A stretch of DNA of 64,000 nt. Origin: Candidatus Nomurabacteria bacterium (GTDB lineage Bacteria > Patescibacteriota > Minisyncoccia > Phycocordibacterales > UBA9973). Each line of letters begins with the position of its first letter. The first letter of the stretch is position 1. The notes beneath the pieces were generated by a model. That model was not told the DNA's origin. It made no database searches and saw nothing but the letters and a program-made list of their open reading frames with translations. Where the stretch lies: NCBI GenBank assembly GCA_026395965.1, contig JAPLXS010000012.1, positions 115,977-179,976 on the forward strand, in the 5' to 3' direction. Made by a program: the position numbers and the translations under genes. Below, piece by piece: positions 9,616-19,604 of this stretch.

Positions 9616-11409
9616 TTAGATTAGATTTGCTTTTATTCGACGAATACCAGCAGCTACGGCTTCTTCTTTTTGAATTTTAAATTGACCCAATTCTTTAGTA
9701 TTTTTTACATGAGGTCCACCACAAAATTCTTTTGAAATAGCCAACCCTTTTTCATCTTCAACTATATACACAGATACTATGTCTGGATATTTTGCACCAA
9801 ATTCCATCTGAGCTCCTATCTTTTCTGCTTCAGATAGTGGCATCTCATGACGAACAACACTAAGACCTCTATTTATTTTATCATTAACCCAAGCTTCTAC
9901 ATTTATCTTCTCTTCATCTGTAAGTTTATGATCACATATAAAATCCATACGTAACCGCTCTTCTGTAATATTACTACCACGTTGTTTTATGTCTTTACTT
10001 ACTATTTCTTGTAACCCAGCCAAAAGTAGATGATGAGCAGTATGTAGTTTTATTGTTTTGTCGTTGTGATTTGCGAGTCCTCCTTTGAACATACCAGCAG
10101 AAGCAGTTTGAGAAAGTTTTTGATGTACTTTCATTTCTATATTAAATTTTTCAATATCATCAGAATTAAAATAAATGCCTTTTTCTTTTAAAAATTCTAC
10201 TATTAATTCTACAGGAAACCCATACGTTGTATATAATACAAATGCATCATATCCAGTGATTTTTTTATTTTCATTAAGTAAAACATTAAAATGTTTTACA
10301 CCATCATGAAGAGTTTTTCTAAATTTTATTTCTTCATTATTTATTTCTTCAAGAATTTTTTTAGAATTTAATTCAATATCATTATAAAAAGTTTTGTATT
10401 TAGATATTACAGTTTCAGCAATAAGCATCAAAGAATTATTTTTGAATCCTAGCTGATCAGCAAATCTAACAGCTCTTCTTAAAAGTCTTCTTAGTACATA
10501 ACCTCTATCTGAATTTGATGATATAACTCCATCATTTATCATAAAAACGCTTGATCTTACGTGATCAGCGACTATACGTCTTTCTCTTAGATTATCAATA
10601 TTTACATTGCTTGATAATGAATTGATTTGATTCATAATTTCTTCAAATAAATCAGTATCATATGCCGTACGCTTATTTTGCATAATAGCAGTCATTCTCT
10701 CTACTCCTGCTCCAGTATCTACATTTTTTTGTTTTAATTTACCTATAACTTCTCCATCCTTTTTTTCATATTCCATAAAAACATCATTCCAGATTTCTAT
10801 TAAATCTTCTGTTTTTACAGCATTGATAAATTCATCTTTTGATAAATCTCCAACTTTATTTTCTGTCATATCATAAAACATTTCACTGCATGGGCCGCAT
10901 GGTCCATTTTCCCCGGGGCTCCACCAGTTATCATCAGCTTCTAAAAAATAAATACGGCTCTCAGGAATTCCAAGGCTTTTCCATATTTCAAATGATTCAA
11001 TATCTCGTGGTGCATTTTTGTCACCTTCAAAACAAGTGATATAGAGTAAATTTGGATTTAAACCCAATCCCTCTTCTTTGGAAGTTAAAAATTCATAACT
11101 CCAAGTAATAGCTTCGTTTTTAAAATAATCTCCGAGTGACCAGTTCCCCATCATTTCAAAAAATGAAAAATGTCTATTGTCTCCAATACTATCTAGATCC
11201 CCTGTTCTGACACATTTTTGGATATTAGCTATTTTTTTACCCATTGTATGCTCCTGCCCAAGTAAATAAGGCACCAATGGTTGCATACCAGCTGTATTAA
11301 ATAAAACAGATGGGTCATTATCTGGCAAAAGAGAAGCGGAGTGGATTATATTGTGACCCCGTTTTTCGAAAAATTTTAAAAACCTTGTTCGTATTTCACT
11401 TGAGTGCAT
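9616..11409 (-). CDS. alaS: Alanine--tRNA ligase (short form lacking the C-Ala domain)
   Basis: LFNTAGMQPL, FFEMMGNWS, VDTGAGVER, editing motifs HTAHHLL and CGGPH, and a terminal GIRRI. Confidence 0.96.
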   Translation of the reverse strand: MHSSEIRTRFLKFFEKRGHNIIHSASLLPDNDPSVLFNTAGMQPLVPYLLGQEHTMGKKIANIQKCVRTGDLDSIGDNRHFSFFEMMGNWSLGDYFKNEAITWSYEFLTSKEEGLGLNPNLLYITCFEGDKNAPRDIESFEIWKSLGIPESRIYFLEADDNWWSPGENGPCGPCSEMFYDMTENKVGDLSKDEFINAVKTEDLIEIWNDVFMEYEKKDGEVIGKLKQKNVDTGAGVERMTAIMQNKRTAYDTDLFEEIMNQINSLSSNVNIDNLRERRIVADHVRSSVFMINDGVISSNSDRGYVLRRLLRRAVRFADQLGFKNNSLMLIAETVISKYKTFYNDIELNSKKILEEINNEEIKFRKTLHDGVKHFNVLLNENKKITGYDAFVLYTTYGFPVELIVEFLKEKGIYFNSDDIEKFNIEMKVHQKLSQTASAGMFKGGLANHNDKTIKLHTAHHLLLAGLQEIVSKDIKQRGSNITEERLRMDFICDHKLTDEEKINVEAWVNDKINRGLSVVRHEMPLSEAEKIGAQMEFGAKYPDIVSVYIVEDEKGLAISKEFCGGPHVKNTKELGQFKIQKEEAVAAGIRRIKANLI

Positions 11410-11440
11410 TTATACATAATACATCAAAAAGCTTAATTTA

Positions 11441-11476
11441 AAAAGCCCTCCGGGGATTTCTCGGAGGGCTTTTTTT
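11441..11476 (-). terminator. Rho-independent terminator after the MgtC-family gene
   Basis: AAAAGCCCTCCG...CGGAGGGCTTTTTTT. Confidence 0.75.
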
Positions 11477-11957
11477 AATTAGTATCTAATGATGTATTTT
11501 CTTTAAAATACTTTGTTTTTTTAAGTTGTTGTTCTACAAACCATAATATTGTAAAAATAAACAATGTAAAAGTAGTCGCAATAATAGCAATACTGTAAAG
11601 TTTAAAACCTGCAGCCATTCCAATACCTGCTGATACCCACAAACCAGTCGCAGTAGTAAGACCTATCATTTTTGATTCTTTAGAAAAAATTAAACCTGAA
11701 CCAATAAAACCAACACCAACAACTATTTGTGCAATAATCATAAGTGGGTTAAGACCTGAAAATCCAGCGTAGTATCTAACCATTTCATTTGATACGATAA
11801 CAAATAAAGCAGAACCCATAGAAACAAGAGCATATGTTCTCATGCCTGCTGTTTTGTGCGCCCATACACGTTCAATTCCGATAATCATACCTAAAGACAA
11901 AGCTACACCTAGACGAACCATAATATCAATTGTTGTTATATCAAATATTTTTTCCAT
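11475..11957 (-). CDS. MgtC/SapB family membrane protein
   Basis: IGIER...AGMRTYALV...AQIVVGVGFIGSG...GLTTATGLW. Confidence 0.9.
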   Translation of the reverse strand: MEKIFDITTIDIMVRLGVALSLGMIIGIERVWAHKTAGMRTYALVSMGSALFVIVSNEMVRYYAGFSGLNPLMIIAQIVVGVGFIGSGLIFSKESKMIGLTTATGLWVSAGIGMAAGFKLYSIAIIATTFTLFIFTILWFVEQQLKKTKYFKENTSLDTN

Positions 11958-11981
11958 ATGTAATATAGTATATCAAATTAT

Positions 11982-13058
11982 TTAAATAACTACACCACCA
12001 CCCAAACAAATATTGTCATTAAAAATAACAATTGACTGACCACTAGATACCAATATAGATTTATCAAAATTTACTAATGCGCAATTATCTTTTAGAATAC
12101 TTAACGTACAATTAACAATTTCTCCATGATAACGAATCTGAGCAGTATACTTTTTGCCATCTTCTGGTTTATTATTTATCCAGTTTGTATTTATTAAATT
12201 ATATTTACTAAATTTTTCACTTATTGTATTTATATGAATATCAGAAACAGTAATAGTATTTTCTTTTATATCTTTTGCAACAACATAAAATGGTTTACTG
12301 TTATTTGCATGTTTTGTAAGCATAAAACCATGCCTTTCTCCCAGTGTAAAAAATACCGCTCCGTCGTGGACGCCTACGATTTTACCTTTATTATTTAAAA
12401 CATTACCTTTTTTTGATTCAATATAATGACCGAGAAAGTCTTTCATATCTAATGGTCCCAAGAAACACACACCCTGACTATCTTTTTTTGTAGCTGTAGG
12501 TAGATTATATTTCAATGCTTTTTTTCTAACTTCTGTTTTTTCTAGATGTCCTACCGGAAACAAAGTATGAGCCAAGTCATCCTGAGTCAAAGTCCATAGG
12601 AAATATGATTGATCTTTAGATAAATCTTTTCCTTTTTTTAATTCGTAATTCTTATTTTTTAATTCATAATCATTCTGAGCATAGTGACCTGTTGCGATAA
12701 AATCTGCACCATTGTCTTTTGCAAATTTCAAAAATACCCCAAACTTTACTTCGCGATTACACATAACATCTGGATTTGGAGTATTACCTTTTCTATATTC
12801 TTCTATCATATAATCAGCTACTCCTTCCTTATATTCTTTTTCAGCGTCGCATTCTAAAAATGGTATTCCAAGGTGTGCGCATACACGCATAGCATCGCGT
12901 CGTTCATCTTGCCAAGTACATTTTATAAAGTCTGGTGTCCAAGTGCGTATAAAAACACCAACGACAGTATATCCTTGTTCTATTAAAATCGCAGCTGAGA
13001 CAGACGAATCTACTCCTCCTGATACTCCTACAAATACTGTTTTATTATTTTTAATCAT
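11982..13058 (-). CDS. mnmA: tRNA 2-thiouridine(34) synthase MnmA
   Basis: SGGVDSSV, TPNPDVMCN, ATGHY, KDQSYFL and KDSQGVCF. Confidence 0.96.
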   Translation of the reverse strand: MIKNNKTVFVGVSGGVDSSVSAAILIEQGYTVVGVFIRTWTPDFIKCTWQDERRDAMRVCAHLGIPFLECDAEKEYKEGVADYMIEEYRKGNTPNPDVMCNREVKFGVFLKFAKDNGADFIATGHYAQNDYELKNKNYELKKGKDLSKDQSYFLWTLTQDDLAHTLFPVGHLEKTEVRKKALKYNLPTATKKDSQGVCFLGPLDMKDFLGHYIESKKGNVLNNKGKIVGVHDGAVFFTLGERHGFMLTKHANNSKPFYVVAKDIKENTITVSDIHINTISEKFSKYNLINTNWINNKPEDGKKYTAQIRYHGEIVNCTLSILKDNCALVNFDKSILVSSGQSIVIFNDNICLGGGVVI

Positions 13059-13119
13059 TTTAAATTAGCTATTTTAAAAAACAAAGAACTTATTTTATAA
13101 CCTAATTCTTAATTCTTAA

Positions 13120-14001
13120 TTAAATTTTGCTCCATCTTGCGAAAATTCCACAAGGAAGAAGTCTTTCTTCATTACTTTCTTCTATTACAAGTTCACCTAT
13201 TTCTATTTCACCTTTATATTCTTTCATTATATCCTTTAGATTATTTTCATAAGCAATAGATGAATATCCTGCTGTATAACCATTTATTATTATAAACAAT
13301 GGATCATCTGAAAGCACCTCTTTACATAATTTCATTAACAACAGGAAGTGTTCTTCAATCTTCCAAAGTTCATCTTTAGGCCCATGACCAAAAGACGGAG
13401 GATCCATTATTATAGCATCATATTTTCTTCCTCTTTTTATTTCTCTTTTTAAAAACACTAAAACATCATCTACTATCCATCTTATAGGTGCGTTTTCTAA
13501 TCCTGAAAGTTGCGCATTTACACGAGCCCACTCTACTGCTGTTTTAGAACCGTCTACATGACACACTTCTGCTCCAGCTTTTGCAGCTGCGAGTGTAGCT
13601 CCTCCGGTATATCCAAACAAATTTAAAACACTAACTTTTTTTTCATTATTATTTTTTAATTGATGACCTTTAATCATCTTAAGAGTCCATTGCCAATTTG
13701 GAAGTTGCTCAGGAAAAAGACCAGTATGTTTAAAAGAAGTAGGACGAATAGAAAAATTTAAGTCACCAAATAATATATTCCAATTTCTAGGTGTTCCTTC
13801 TTTTGTTATCCATTTAGTTTTATTATTATTTCGTACAAACCGTAGTTCTGCTTTATCCCAAAATAATAAATTGTGTCTTTTTTCCCATAGTGCTTCTGGA
13901 TCTGGACGTCTTAAAATATATGGACCATATCTTTCCAATTTTTCACCATTACCACTATCTAGTAATTCATAGTCTTTTTGTTTTTTTGTTTTTAAAATCA
14001 T
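13120..14001 (-). CDS. Class I SAM-dependent methyltransferase (RlmI/YwbD-like)
   Basis: YELLDSG.GEKLERYG, HTGLFPEQ, VLNLFGYTGGA and IMDPPSFG. Confidence 0.85.
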   Translation of the reverse strand: MILKTKKQKDYELLDSGNGEKLERYGPYILRRPDPEALWEKRHNLLFWDKAELRFVRNNNKTKWITKEGTPRNWNILFGDLNFSIRPTSFKHTGLFPEQLPNWQWTLKMIKGHQLKNNNEKKVSVLNLFGYTGGATLAAAKAGAEVCHVDGSKTAVEWARVNAQLSGLENAPIRWIVDDVLVFLKREIKRGRKYDAIIMDPPSFGHGPKDELWKIEEHFLLLMKLCKEVLSDDPLFIIINGYTAGYSSIAYENNLKDIMKEYKGEIEIGELVIEESNEERLLPCGIFARWSKI

Positions 14002-14002
14002 A

Positions 14003-14941
14003 TTATTTAAGATAATTGTTTATATTTCGTTTGTGTTCTTCGAATGTCTTTGCATAATGTACATTACCATTTTTATCATGAAGATAATATAGATATACTG
14101 AATCTATAGGATTCACAGCAGCTTCAATAGAAGATAAACCTGGATTATTTAAGGGTTTTACGGGAAGTCCCTTTGAGGTATAAGTAGATTTTTCGATATC
14201 TACTTGTAGCGGCATTCCAATAGAAATTCTTTTCCATAAAATTCCAGATATAATACCAATATCTTCTTTTCCATTTGCTTCACCTTCCAATATTGAAGCC
14301 ATTATTACTACCGATGATAGATTTTTATTACTAAATGCTAAATATGAATTTATTTTCTTTGTTCTACTATAAAAATTATTTGATAATTTATTTATTATTT
14401 CATCTGTAGTATCAAGTGGAAATAGAAAATATGTATCTGGGAATAAATATCCTTGCTTGTCTTCTACTTTAGATAGAAAATCTTCTATTTTAAAAACAGA
14501 CAATTTACCTGAGAGTAAATTTGCAATCTCAATATTTGTTAATCCCTCACGAATTGTAATTTTGATAGGTTTTATGTTGTGATAACCCCTACCCACTTGA
14601 AGAGCTACTTCCCACACTGATGAGTTTTTAAAAATCAAATAATCCCCAGAAACAACTCCTTGGCCAGATTTTAAAATTTTAATAAATAATTTTAAAACAA
14701 ATTCATTTCTAATTATATTTTTATTATGTAATTCTTGTGCTACATAATCCACAGAATCACCATCTTTGATATGTATAACAATATCTTTACTACTAAAAGG
14801 AGCAGACAAAAATAAAAAAATAATTAAAATAGAAAAAAATGAAATTAAAACAACTTTCCATTTTTTATTTTTATTTATTTTATTTGTATCTATTATTTCA
14901 TCAACATTATCCATCCTATATTTTAAAAAATAAATTATCAA
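14003..14941 (-). CDS. mltG: Endolytic transglycosylase MltG (YceG)
   Basis: N-terminal TM, ITIREG, GYLFPDTY, MASILEGE, GMPLQVD and GLP..P.NNPG; the true start may be the ATG at 14914. Confidence 0.88.
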   Translation of the reverse strand: MIIYFLKYRMDNVDEIIDTNKINKNKKWKVVLISFFSILIIFLFLSAPFSSKDIVIHIKDGDSVDYVAQELHNKNIIRNEFVLKLFIKILKSGQGVVSGDYLIFKNSSVWEVALQVGRGYHNIKPIKITIREGLTNIEIANLLSGKLSVFKIEDFLSKVEDKQGYLFPDTYFLFPLDTTDEIINKLSNNFYSRTKKINSYLAFSNKNLSSVVIMASILEGEANGKEDIGIISGILWKRISIGMPLQVDIEKSTYTSKGLPVKPLNNPGLSSIEAAVNPIDSVYLYYLHDKNGNVHYAKTFEEHKRNINNYLK

Positions 14942-14963
14942 TTAACCTTTTTACCTATATAAA

Positions 14964-16265
14964 TTATATAGGTAAATTTGAAGGTGGTTTTGCTATCTTT
15001 GACTCTATACGTTTAAAGCTTGGAGTTTCAGAAACCATACCTGGGAAGTGAAATATAGTAGCAAGTTCTTCTGTTGAAAGAACAATAATCTCAGGCTTAT
15101 GTGAGGGAAAAAATATCGAAAAGATTGCTGGATACTTTATACTATTTTGTAATGGCGGATGGAAGAATGTTCTTAAGCGATAAAAATCTAGCATACGTTT
15201 CTTTACTTTATCAAGAGCAAGCCCTGTGGGATCAGACCACGGTGCATCAAACTGAGTAGCGTTTATACGATTAAATTCATTTGAGAAAGGTTGAGAATAT
15301 TGACGAAATATTAAACGAGCTGAGCGTCTTAGATTGTTAAATTGTTCTTCAGTACAAAGTCTCTTGTCTGAAAGAGTCATAACTCGTATTCCAGTATCAA
15401 AGTGTATCAACCCCAAATGATCTGTAACAGCTTTAATAACTGGCTCCAATTGCTTTGGTATAGCTGTCATTTTTCCAAATCTACCAGCATCACTATCATC
15501 TTTTAATCCACGAGTATAAGGGGCAAGAATTTTATCCATGAATTCATTTGCTGCATCGTAAAAATCTACATGCTTACCAGTATGATGACTATGGTACATT
15601 TTAATATTTTGTCTTACTATTATTTGTATCCACATTTGCTGTCCTTTTGGAAGAGAACCTAGAAATTCAATAGTAGGAGTAATAGGGTCGATTTTAAATT
15701 CTTCTTTTATACCAGTTTTCATATCATCACCAAAATTTTTGTAGGTACGAATAGGCAAAAAATCTTCCTTTTTTTTATTAAATTCACATCCCCAAATATT
15801 CCAATCTCCGTCTTTTTTATATTGAGGAATATTAAAAGCATAATCATCTACTTCAATAACTTTTGCTTGAGGATACTGAGCATAAATCTGTGTTTCTACT
15901 AGGTCACGTATTCTAGATGGTGTACGAACATAAAAATGCACTCTTCCATCAACAGAAACCATCTCAAGAGAAAACCACATCCAAGGAGCACCTATTATAA
16001 ATTGCTCCCAAAATCCTTTTTTGCTTTGATGATAAAAAGCGTTAGTAAAAATAAGCTCCATAGCTGCAGGACTTTTTATAACATCACGTGGTACCTGTAT
16101 TTCCAATAAAACCCATTTTATACCCATTATAAAACGCTCAGTTCTGTAGTGATGCCATAGCTGGAAAGCAATATAAGCAAGAGGAATAGGCATCAAATAA
16201 CCAATAGTTACTAATAGTAATTGAATGGCATTAAAATTATTTGTGTTCAAAAAATCTTGTATCAT
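14964..16265 (-). CDS. Conserved CPR membrane protein resembling the non-ATPase part of CPR VirD4/TraD-like proteins
   Basis: WVLLEI.VP....KSP.AME, FSLE......VHFY, IYAQYP, LSTEELATIFHFP and terminal PPSNLP, recalled as a CPR-conserved family. ATG at 16265 chosen over the track start at 16304. Confidence 0.55.
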   Translation of the reverse strand: MIQDFLNTNNFNAIQLLLVTIGYLMPIPLAYIAFQLWHHYRTERFIMGIKWVLLEIQVPRDVIKSPAAMELIFTNAFYHQSKKGFWEQFIIGAPWMWFSLEMVSVDGRVHFYVRTPSRIRDLVETQIYAQYPQAKVIEVDDYAFNIPQYKKDGDWNIWGCEFNKKKEDFLPIRTYKNFGDDMKTGIKEEFKIDPITPTIEFLGSLPKGQQMWIQIIVRQNIKMYHSHHTGKHVDFYDAANEFMDKILAPYTRGLKDDSDAGRFGKMTAIPKQLEPVIKAVTDHLGLIHFDTGIRVMTLSDKRLCTEEQFNNLRRSARLIFRQYSQPFSNEFNRINATQFDAPWSDPTGLALDKVKKRMLDFYRLRTFFHPPLQNSIKYPAIFSIFFPSHKPEIIVLSTEELATIFHFPGMVSETPSFKRIESKIAKPPSNLPI

Positions 16266-16419
16266 ATAGTTACTGATTAGTAAAAAGGCCAATGAGTATA
16301 GCAATAAAAATTAATCCGAGCACTATCATAAGTATATTGATAAAACCTTTCTGCATATTATGGTATTGTATCATATAATAAATAAAAAAACCCTCCAAGT
16401 TTTACTTAGAGGGATTTTT

Positions 16420-17451
16420 TTAGGCTATCGCGTATTCTCCTGTTTTATTCTTTTTGAAATATTTAGCATTTTGTAGATTAACAAGAATTGTATTTTTCTT
16501 TAAATATCTTTCTTTCATAACTTGTTCTACTATATCCTCTTTTGTCATTGGACCATTCTTTTTTATAAGTTCTTTTATTACATCACGGACTACTCCAGTT
16601 TTGTAACCCCATTCTGACAAAGCGTATATGCCTCTACCCACTAACACAAACCTTGAATCTTTTATAAGTTCGTTGTGACAAGTTGCAATGTGACATTTTT
16701 TATCAAATGTATTTGCCACTGCTTTAGCAACTTCTCTAAAATGCATAGGACTTCCATGTTTTCTCATCATCAAAAATGCATAATCCTTTACTCCTCTAGT
16801 CTTTATACTTGAAGATGTTGATTTACCCCATTCTCCTAGTGGATTTTTGCTAATCTTTTTTGATATAGAAAGCCAACGCTTAGCTATTTCTTCATTTTTG
16901 TATTGTTCAGCCAAACCTTTTACTTCATCTAGGAATCGAGCTACCAACTCACCTTCTGGAATTAATTCATCTTCAGACAAGTTTTCAAAAAGACTTTTTA
17001 ATGATTTGTGAATATTATCCGCAACATCATTATCTACACTCCAACGAGTTTTAAAATGTTCGTCTTCTTTATGTTTAGTAAATTCATCACCTAATGTTAG
17101 GTATAAATGTATATGATTTTGAGTTAGTTTATCTTTAGATAAATGACTAAGAAGCTCTTGCTCTCCTACTACTCCACCCAATGTATGTATTAGTTTTTTT
17201 AATTCCTCAAAAACATCTTTTTCGGATTTAAAAGATTCGGACTTACGAATAAGTGCTAATGCTGTATTTTCTATCTGACGAACACGCTCACGAGTAATAC
17301 CGTATTTTTGACCGATCGCTTCTAGTGTTTTTCTTTGAGTATCATCAGTAAGACCAAATCGATTAACAATCACTTCATGAGCACGTGAAGGTAAACCTGA
17401 AAGCATACGCTTAGTAACTTGTTTTGTTTTAAATGTAACTGTATTAGCCAT
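16420..17451 (-). CDS. Sigma-70 region-4 HTH plus HARE/RpoE(delta)-like HTH protein
   Basis: N-terminal RFGL....TLEAIGQKYGITRERVRQIE (sigma region 4) and C-terminal PMHFREVA...HNELIKDSRFVLVGRGIYALSEWG; no sigma region 2. Confidence 0.75.
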   Translation of the reverse strand: MANTVTFKTKQVTKRMLSGLPSRAHEVIVNRFGLTDDTQRKTLEAIGQKYGITRERVRQIENTALALIRKSESFKSEKDVFEELKKLIHTLGGVVGEQELLSHLSKDKLTQNHIHLYLTLGDEFTKHKEDEHFKTRWSVDNDVADNIHKSLKSLFENLSEDELIPEGELVARFLDEVKGLAEQYKNEEIAKRWLSISKKISKNPLGEWGKSTSSSIKTRGVKDYAFLMMRKHGSPMHFREVAKAVANTFDKKCHIATCHNELIKDSRFVLVGRGIYALSEWGYKTGVVRDVIKELIKKNGPMTKEDIVEQVMKERYLKKNTILVNLQNAKYFKKNKTGEYAIA

Positions 17452-17560
17452 TTTTATTTAAAGTTTATACTAATTAATTGATTATTTCTTTTTTTATAAT
17501 ATCATTACTATTGAATAAAGTCAAATTATTTTTGACTTTATCCGCAAAGCCCTTGTAATA

Positions 17561-19369
17561 TTACTTCTTCGATGCAACCTTGGCCTTTGATCTATTCATT
17601 TCTGTTAGTTGTTTTTTTCTTAAACGAACATTTTTGGGTGTAATTTCTAGATATTCATCATCAGCCATTATTTCTAAACCTCTTTCAATAGACAGTTTGT
17701 ATGATGGTTTAACATTTACGGCTTCGTCTGTACCAGATGAACGCATATTTGATAGCTGTTTACCTTTTGTTGGGTTTACTGCCATTTCTTCACCTTTTGT
17801 AACGTTACCAATAACCATTCCTTCGTAAACTTCATCTCCGTGCTCTACATACAATATACCTCTTTCTTGGAGTGTCCATAGTGAAAATGCAACAACTTTT
17901 CCAGAAACCATTGATGTCATTGAACCAACATCACGTTTTTTTATTTCTCCAGCATAATCCTTGAAACCTATAAATCTTGAAGCAAGTATTCCTTCGCCTT
18001 TTGTATCTACTACAAACTGACCACGATATCCAAGCAATCCTCTTGTTGGCATTTCTATAAGCATACGAACTATTCCTTCTTTTTCGTGCATGCTTGTTAT
18101 AAGACCTCTACGTGCAGTAAGTTTTTCGATAACAGCACCAGAAAATTCATTGCGGACATCTATAGTAACTTCTTCGTATGGTTCTAATTTTTTACCATTT
18201 TCTTCTTTTATAATTACGTGAGGTTGTGACACTTGAAGTTCATATCCTTCGCGACGCATATTTTCAAGCAAAATAGCAATATGTAATTCTCCACGTCCGT
18301 AGACTAGGTAACCTTCTTGAACTTCTTCTTCATCTGTACCATCAAAATTTATTTTTAGTCCTACGTTTATTTCAAGTTCTTTTTCTAAGCGCTCTCTTAT
18401 TTGTCTACTTGTTACATACTTACCCTCACGTCCACAAAAAGGAGAATCATTAACAATAAAATTCAAAGAGATAGTAGGTTCATCAATAGCGATAGATGCA
18501 AGTGCTGGAGTAGAAGCATCTGTACAAAAAGTTTCTCCTATAAATACATCTGGAATTCCAGAAACAATGGCAATATCACCAGTATTTAATACTTCTGCTT
18601 CTTTTCTTTTTATTCCATCAAAAGTAAACATTTTAGTAATTTTTGATGGACGAGAATTACCATGTGAATCCTTTACTATTATAGTAGAGCCTGTATTTAC
18701 AGAACCGGCATATGCACGAACAATAGCCAAACGTCCTAAAAAGTTGTCATAACCCAAGTTAAATACTTGTGCTTGGAAAGGTTTTTCTTTGTTTACAGAA
18801 GCTTCTTTGACTTCAGAAAGTATAAGATCAAACAATGGAGTTAAATCTTTTGAATCATCTTCTAAGTTGGTCTTTGCAATACCTTGTCTGCCGATAGCAT
18901 ACATAACTTTGAAATCTATCTGGTCTTCAGAAGCACCAAGCTCCAAAAATAGTTCCAGTATTTCATCGTGAACACGATTTGGATTTGCAGCTGGTTTATC
19001 TATTTTGTTTATTATAACAATAGGTTTAAGTCCTAATTCAAGTGACTTTTTTAAAACGAAGCGAGTTTGAGGCATAGGACCTTCTTGAGCATCAACAAGC
19101 AATAGGACTGAATCAATAGCACGAAGAACACGCTCAACTTCAGATCCGAAGTCCGCGTGGCCTGGAGTGTCAACTATATTTATCTTTGTACCTTTATATA
19201 CAACAGAAGTATTTTTTGAATAAATAGTAATACCACGTTCCAACTCTAAAGCATTTGAGTCCATAGTTACTCCTTCTTCTACCATTCCACATTGCTTCAT
19301 CATCTGGTCAGTAAGTGTTGTTTTACCATGGTCAACGTGTGCTATTATTGCGATGTTTCTTATTTCCAT
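17561..19369 (-). CDS. typA: Translational GTPase TypA/BipA
   Basis: [27 protein letters not shown] and [11 protein letters not shown]. Confidence 0.97.
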   Translation of the reverse strand: MEIRNIAIIAHVDHGKTTLTDQMMKQCGMVEEGVTMDSNALELERGITIYSKNTSVVYKGTKINIVDTPGHADFGSEVERVLRAIDSVLLLVDAQEGPMPQTRFVLKKSLELGLKPIVIINKIDKPAANPNRVHDEILELFLELGASEDQIDFKVMYAIGRQGIAKTNLEDDSKDLTPLFDLILSEVKEASVNKEKPFQAQVFNLGYDNFLGRLAIVRAYAGSVNTGSTIIVKDSHGNSRPSKITKMFTFDGIKRKEAEVLNTGDIAIVSGIPDVFIGETFCTDASTPALASIAIDEPTISLNFIVNDSPFCGREGKYVTSRQIRERLEKELEINVGLKINFDGTDEEEVQEGYLVYGRGELHIAILLENMRREGYELQVSQPHVIIKEENGKKLEPYEEVTIDVRNEFSGAVIEKLTARRGLITSMHEKEGIVRMLIEMPTRGLLGYRGQFVVDTKGEGILASRFIGFKDYAGEIKKRDVGSMTSMVSGKVVAFSLWTLQERGILYVEHGDEVYEGMVIGNVTKGEEMAVNPTKGKQLSNMRSSGTDEAVNVKPSYKLSIERGLEIMADDEYLEITPKNVRLRKKQLTEMNRSKAKVASKK

Positions 19370-19423
19370 ATAATAATTTGTTTACTAATAATTAAATATT
19401 TCTTAATTTGTTTTTTGTCTAAA

Positions 19424-19500
19424 TAAAAAAATATCCGCCTGAGCGGACCAGTACTAAACTGGATATCGCCATGAGCGAATGTGTTATTATAATATCATAG
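19424..19500 (-). promoter_or_regulatory. Putative typA promoter and structured leader with terminator-like hairpin
   Basis: Minus strand reads TGATATTATAAT (-10), then hairpins TCGC-TCATG-GCGA, CCAGT-TTAGT-ACTGG and TCCGC-TCAG-GCGGA followed by a T run. Confidence 0.5.
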
Positions 19501-19550
19501 ATTATCCATGATGTAAACTCCCTATTTTTATTTATGGACAACAATACTCC

Positions 19551-19588
19551 ACTAAAAAATCCATAGGTTTTTCCTACGGATTTTTAGT
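19551..19588 (-). terminator. Terminator after rseP
   Basis: ACTAAAAAATCCATAGG...CCTACGGATTTTTAGT inverted repeat. Confidence 0.65.
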
Positions 19589-19604
19589 TAAATACTATTT
19601 TATA

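Noticed and set aside
9616-11409. Short AlaRS (and likewise the GlmU N-terminal-only gene at 30701-31462) as pseudogenes
   Set aside because: Both end cleanly with intact catalytic motifs; such reduced forms are usual in CPR genomes
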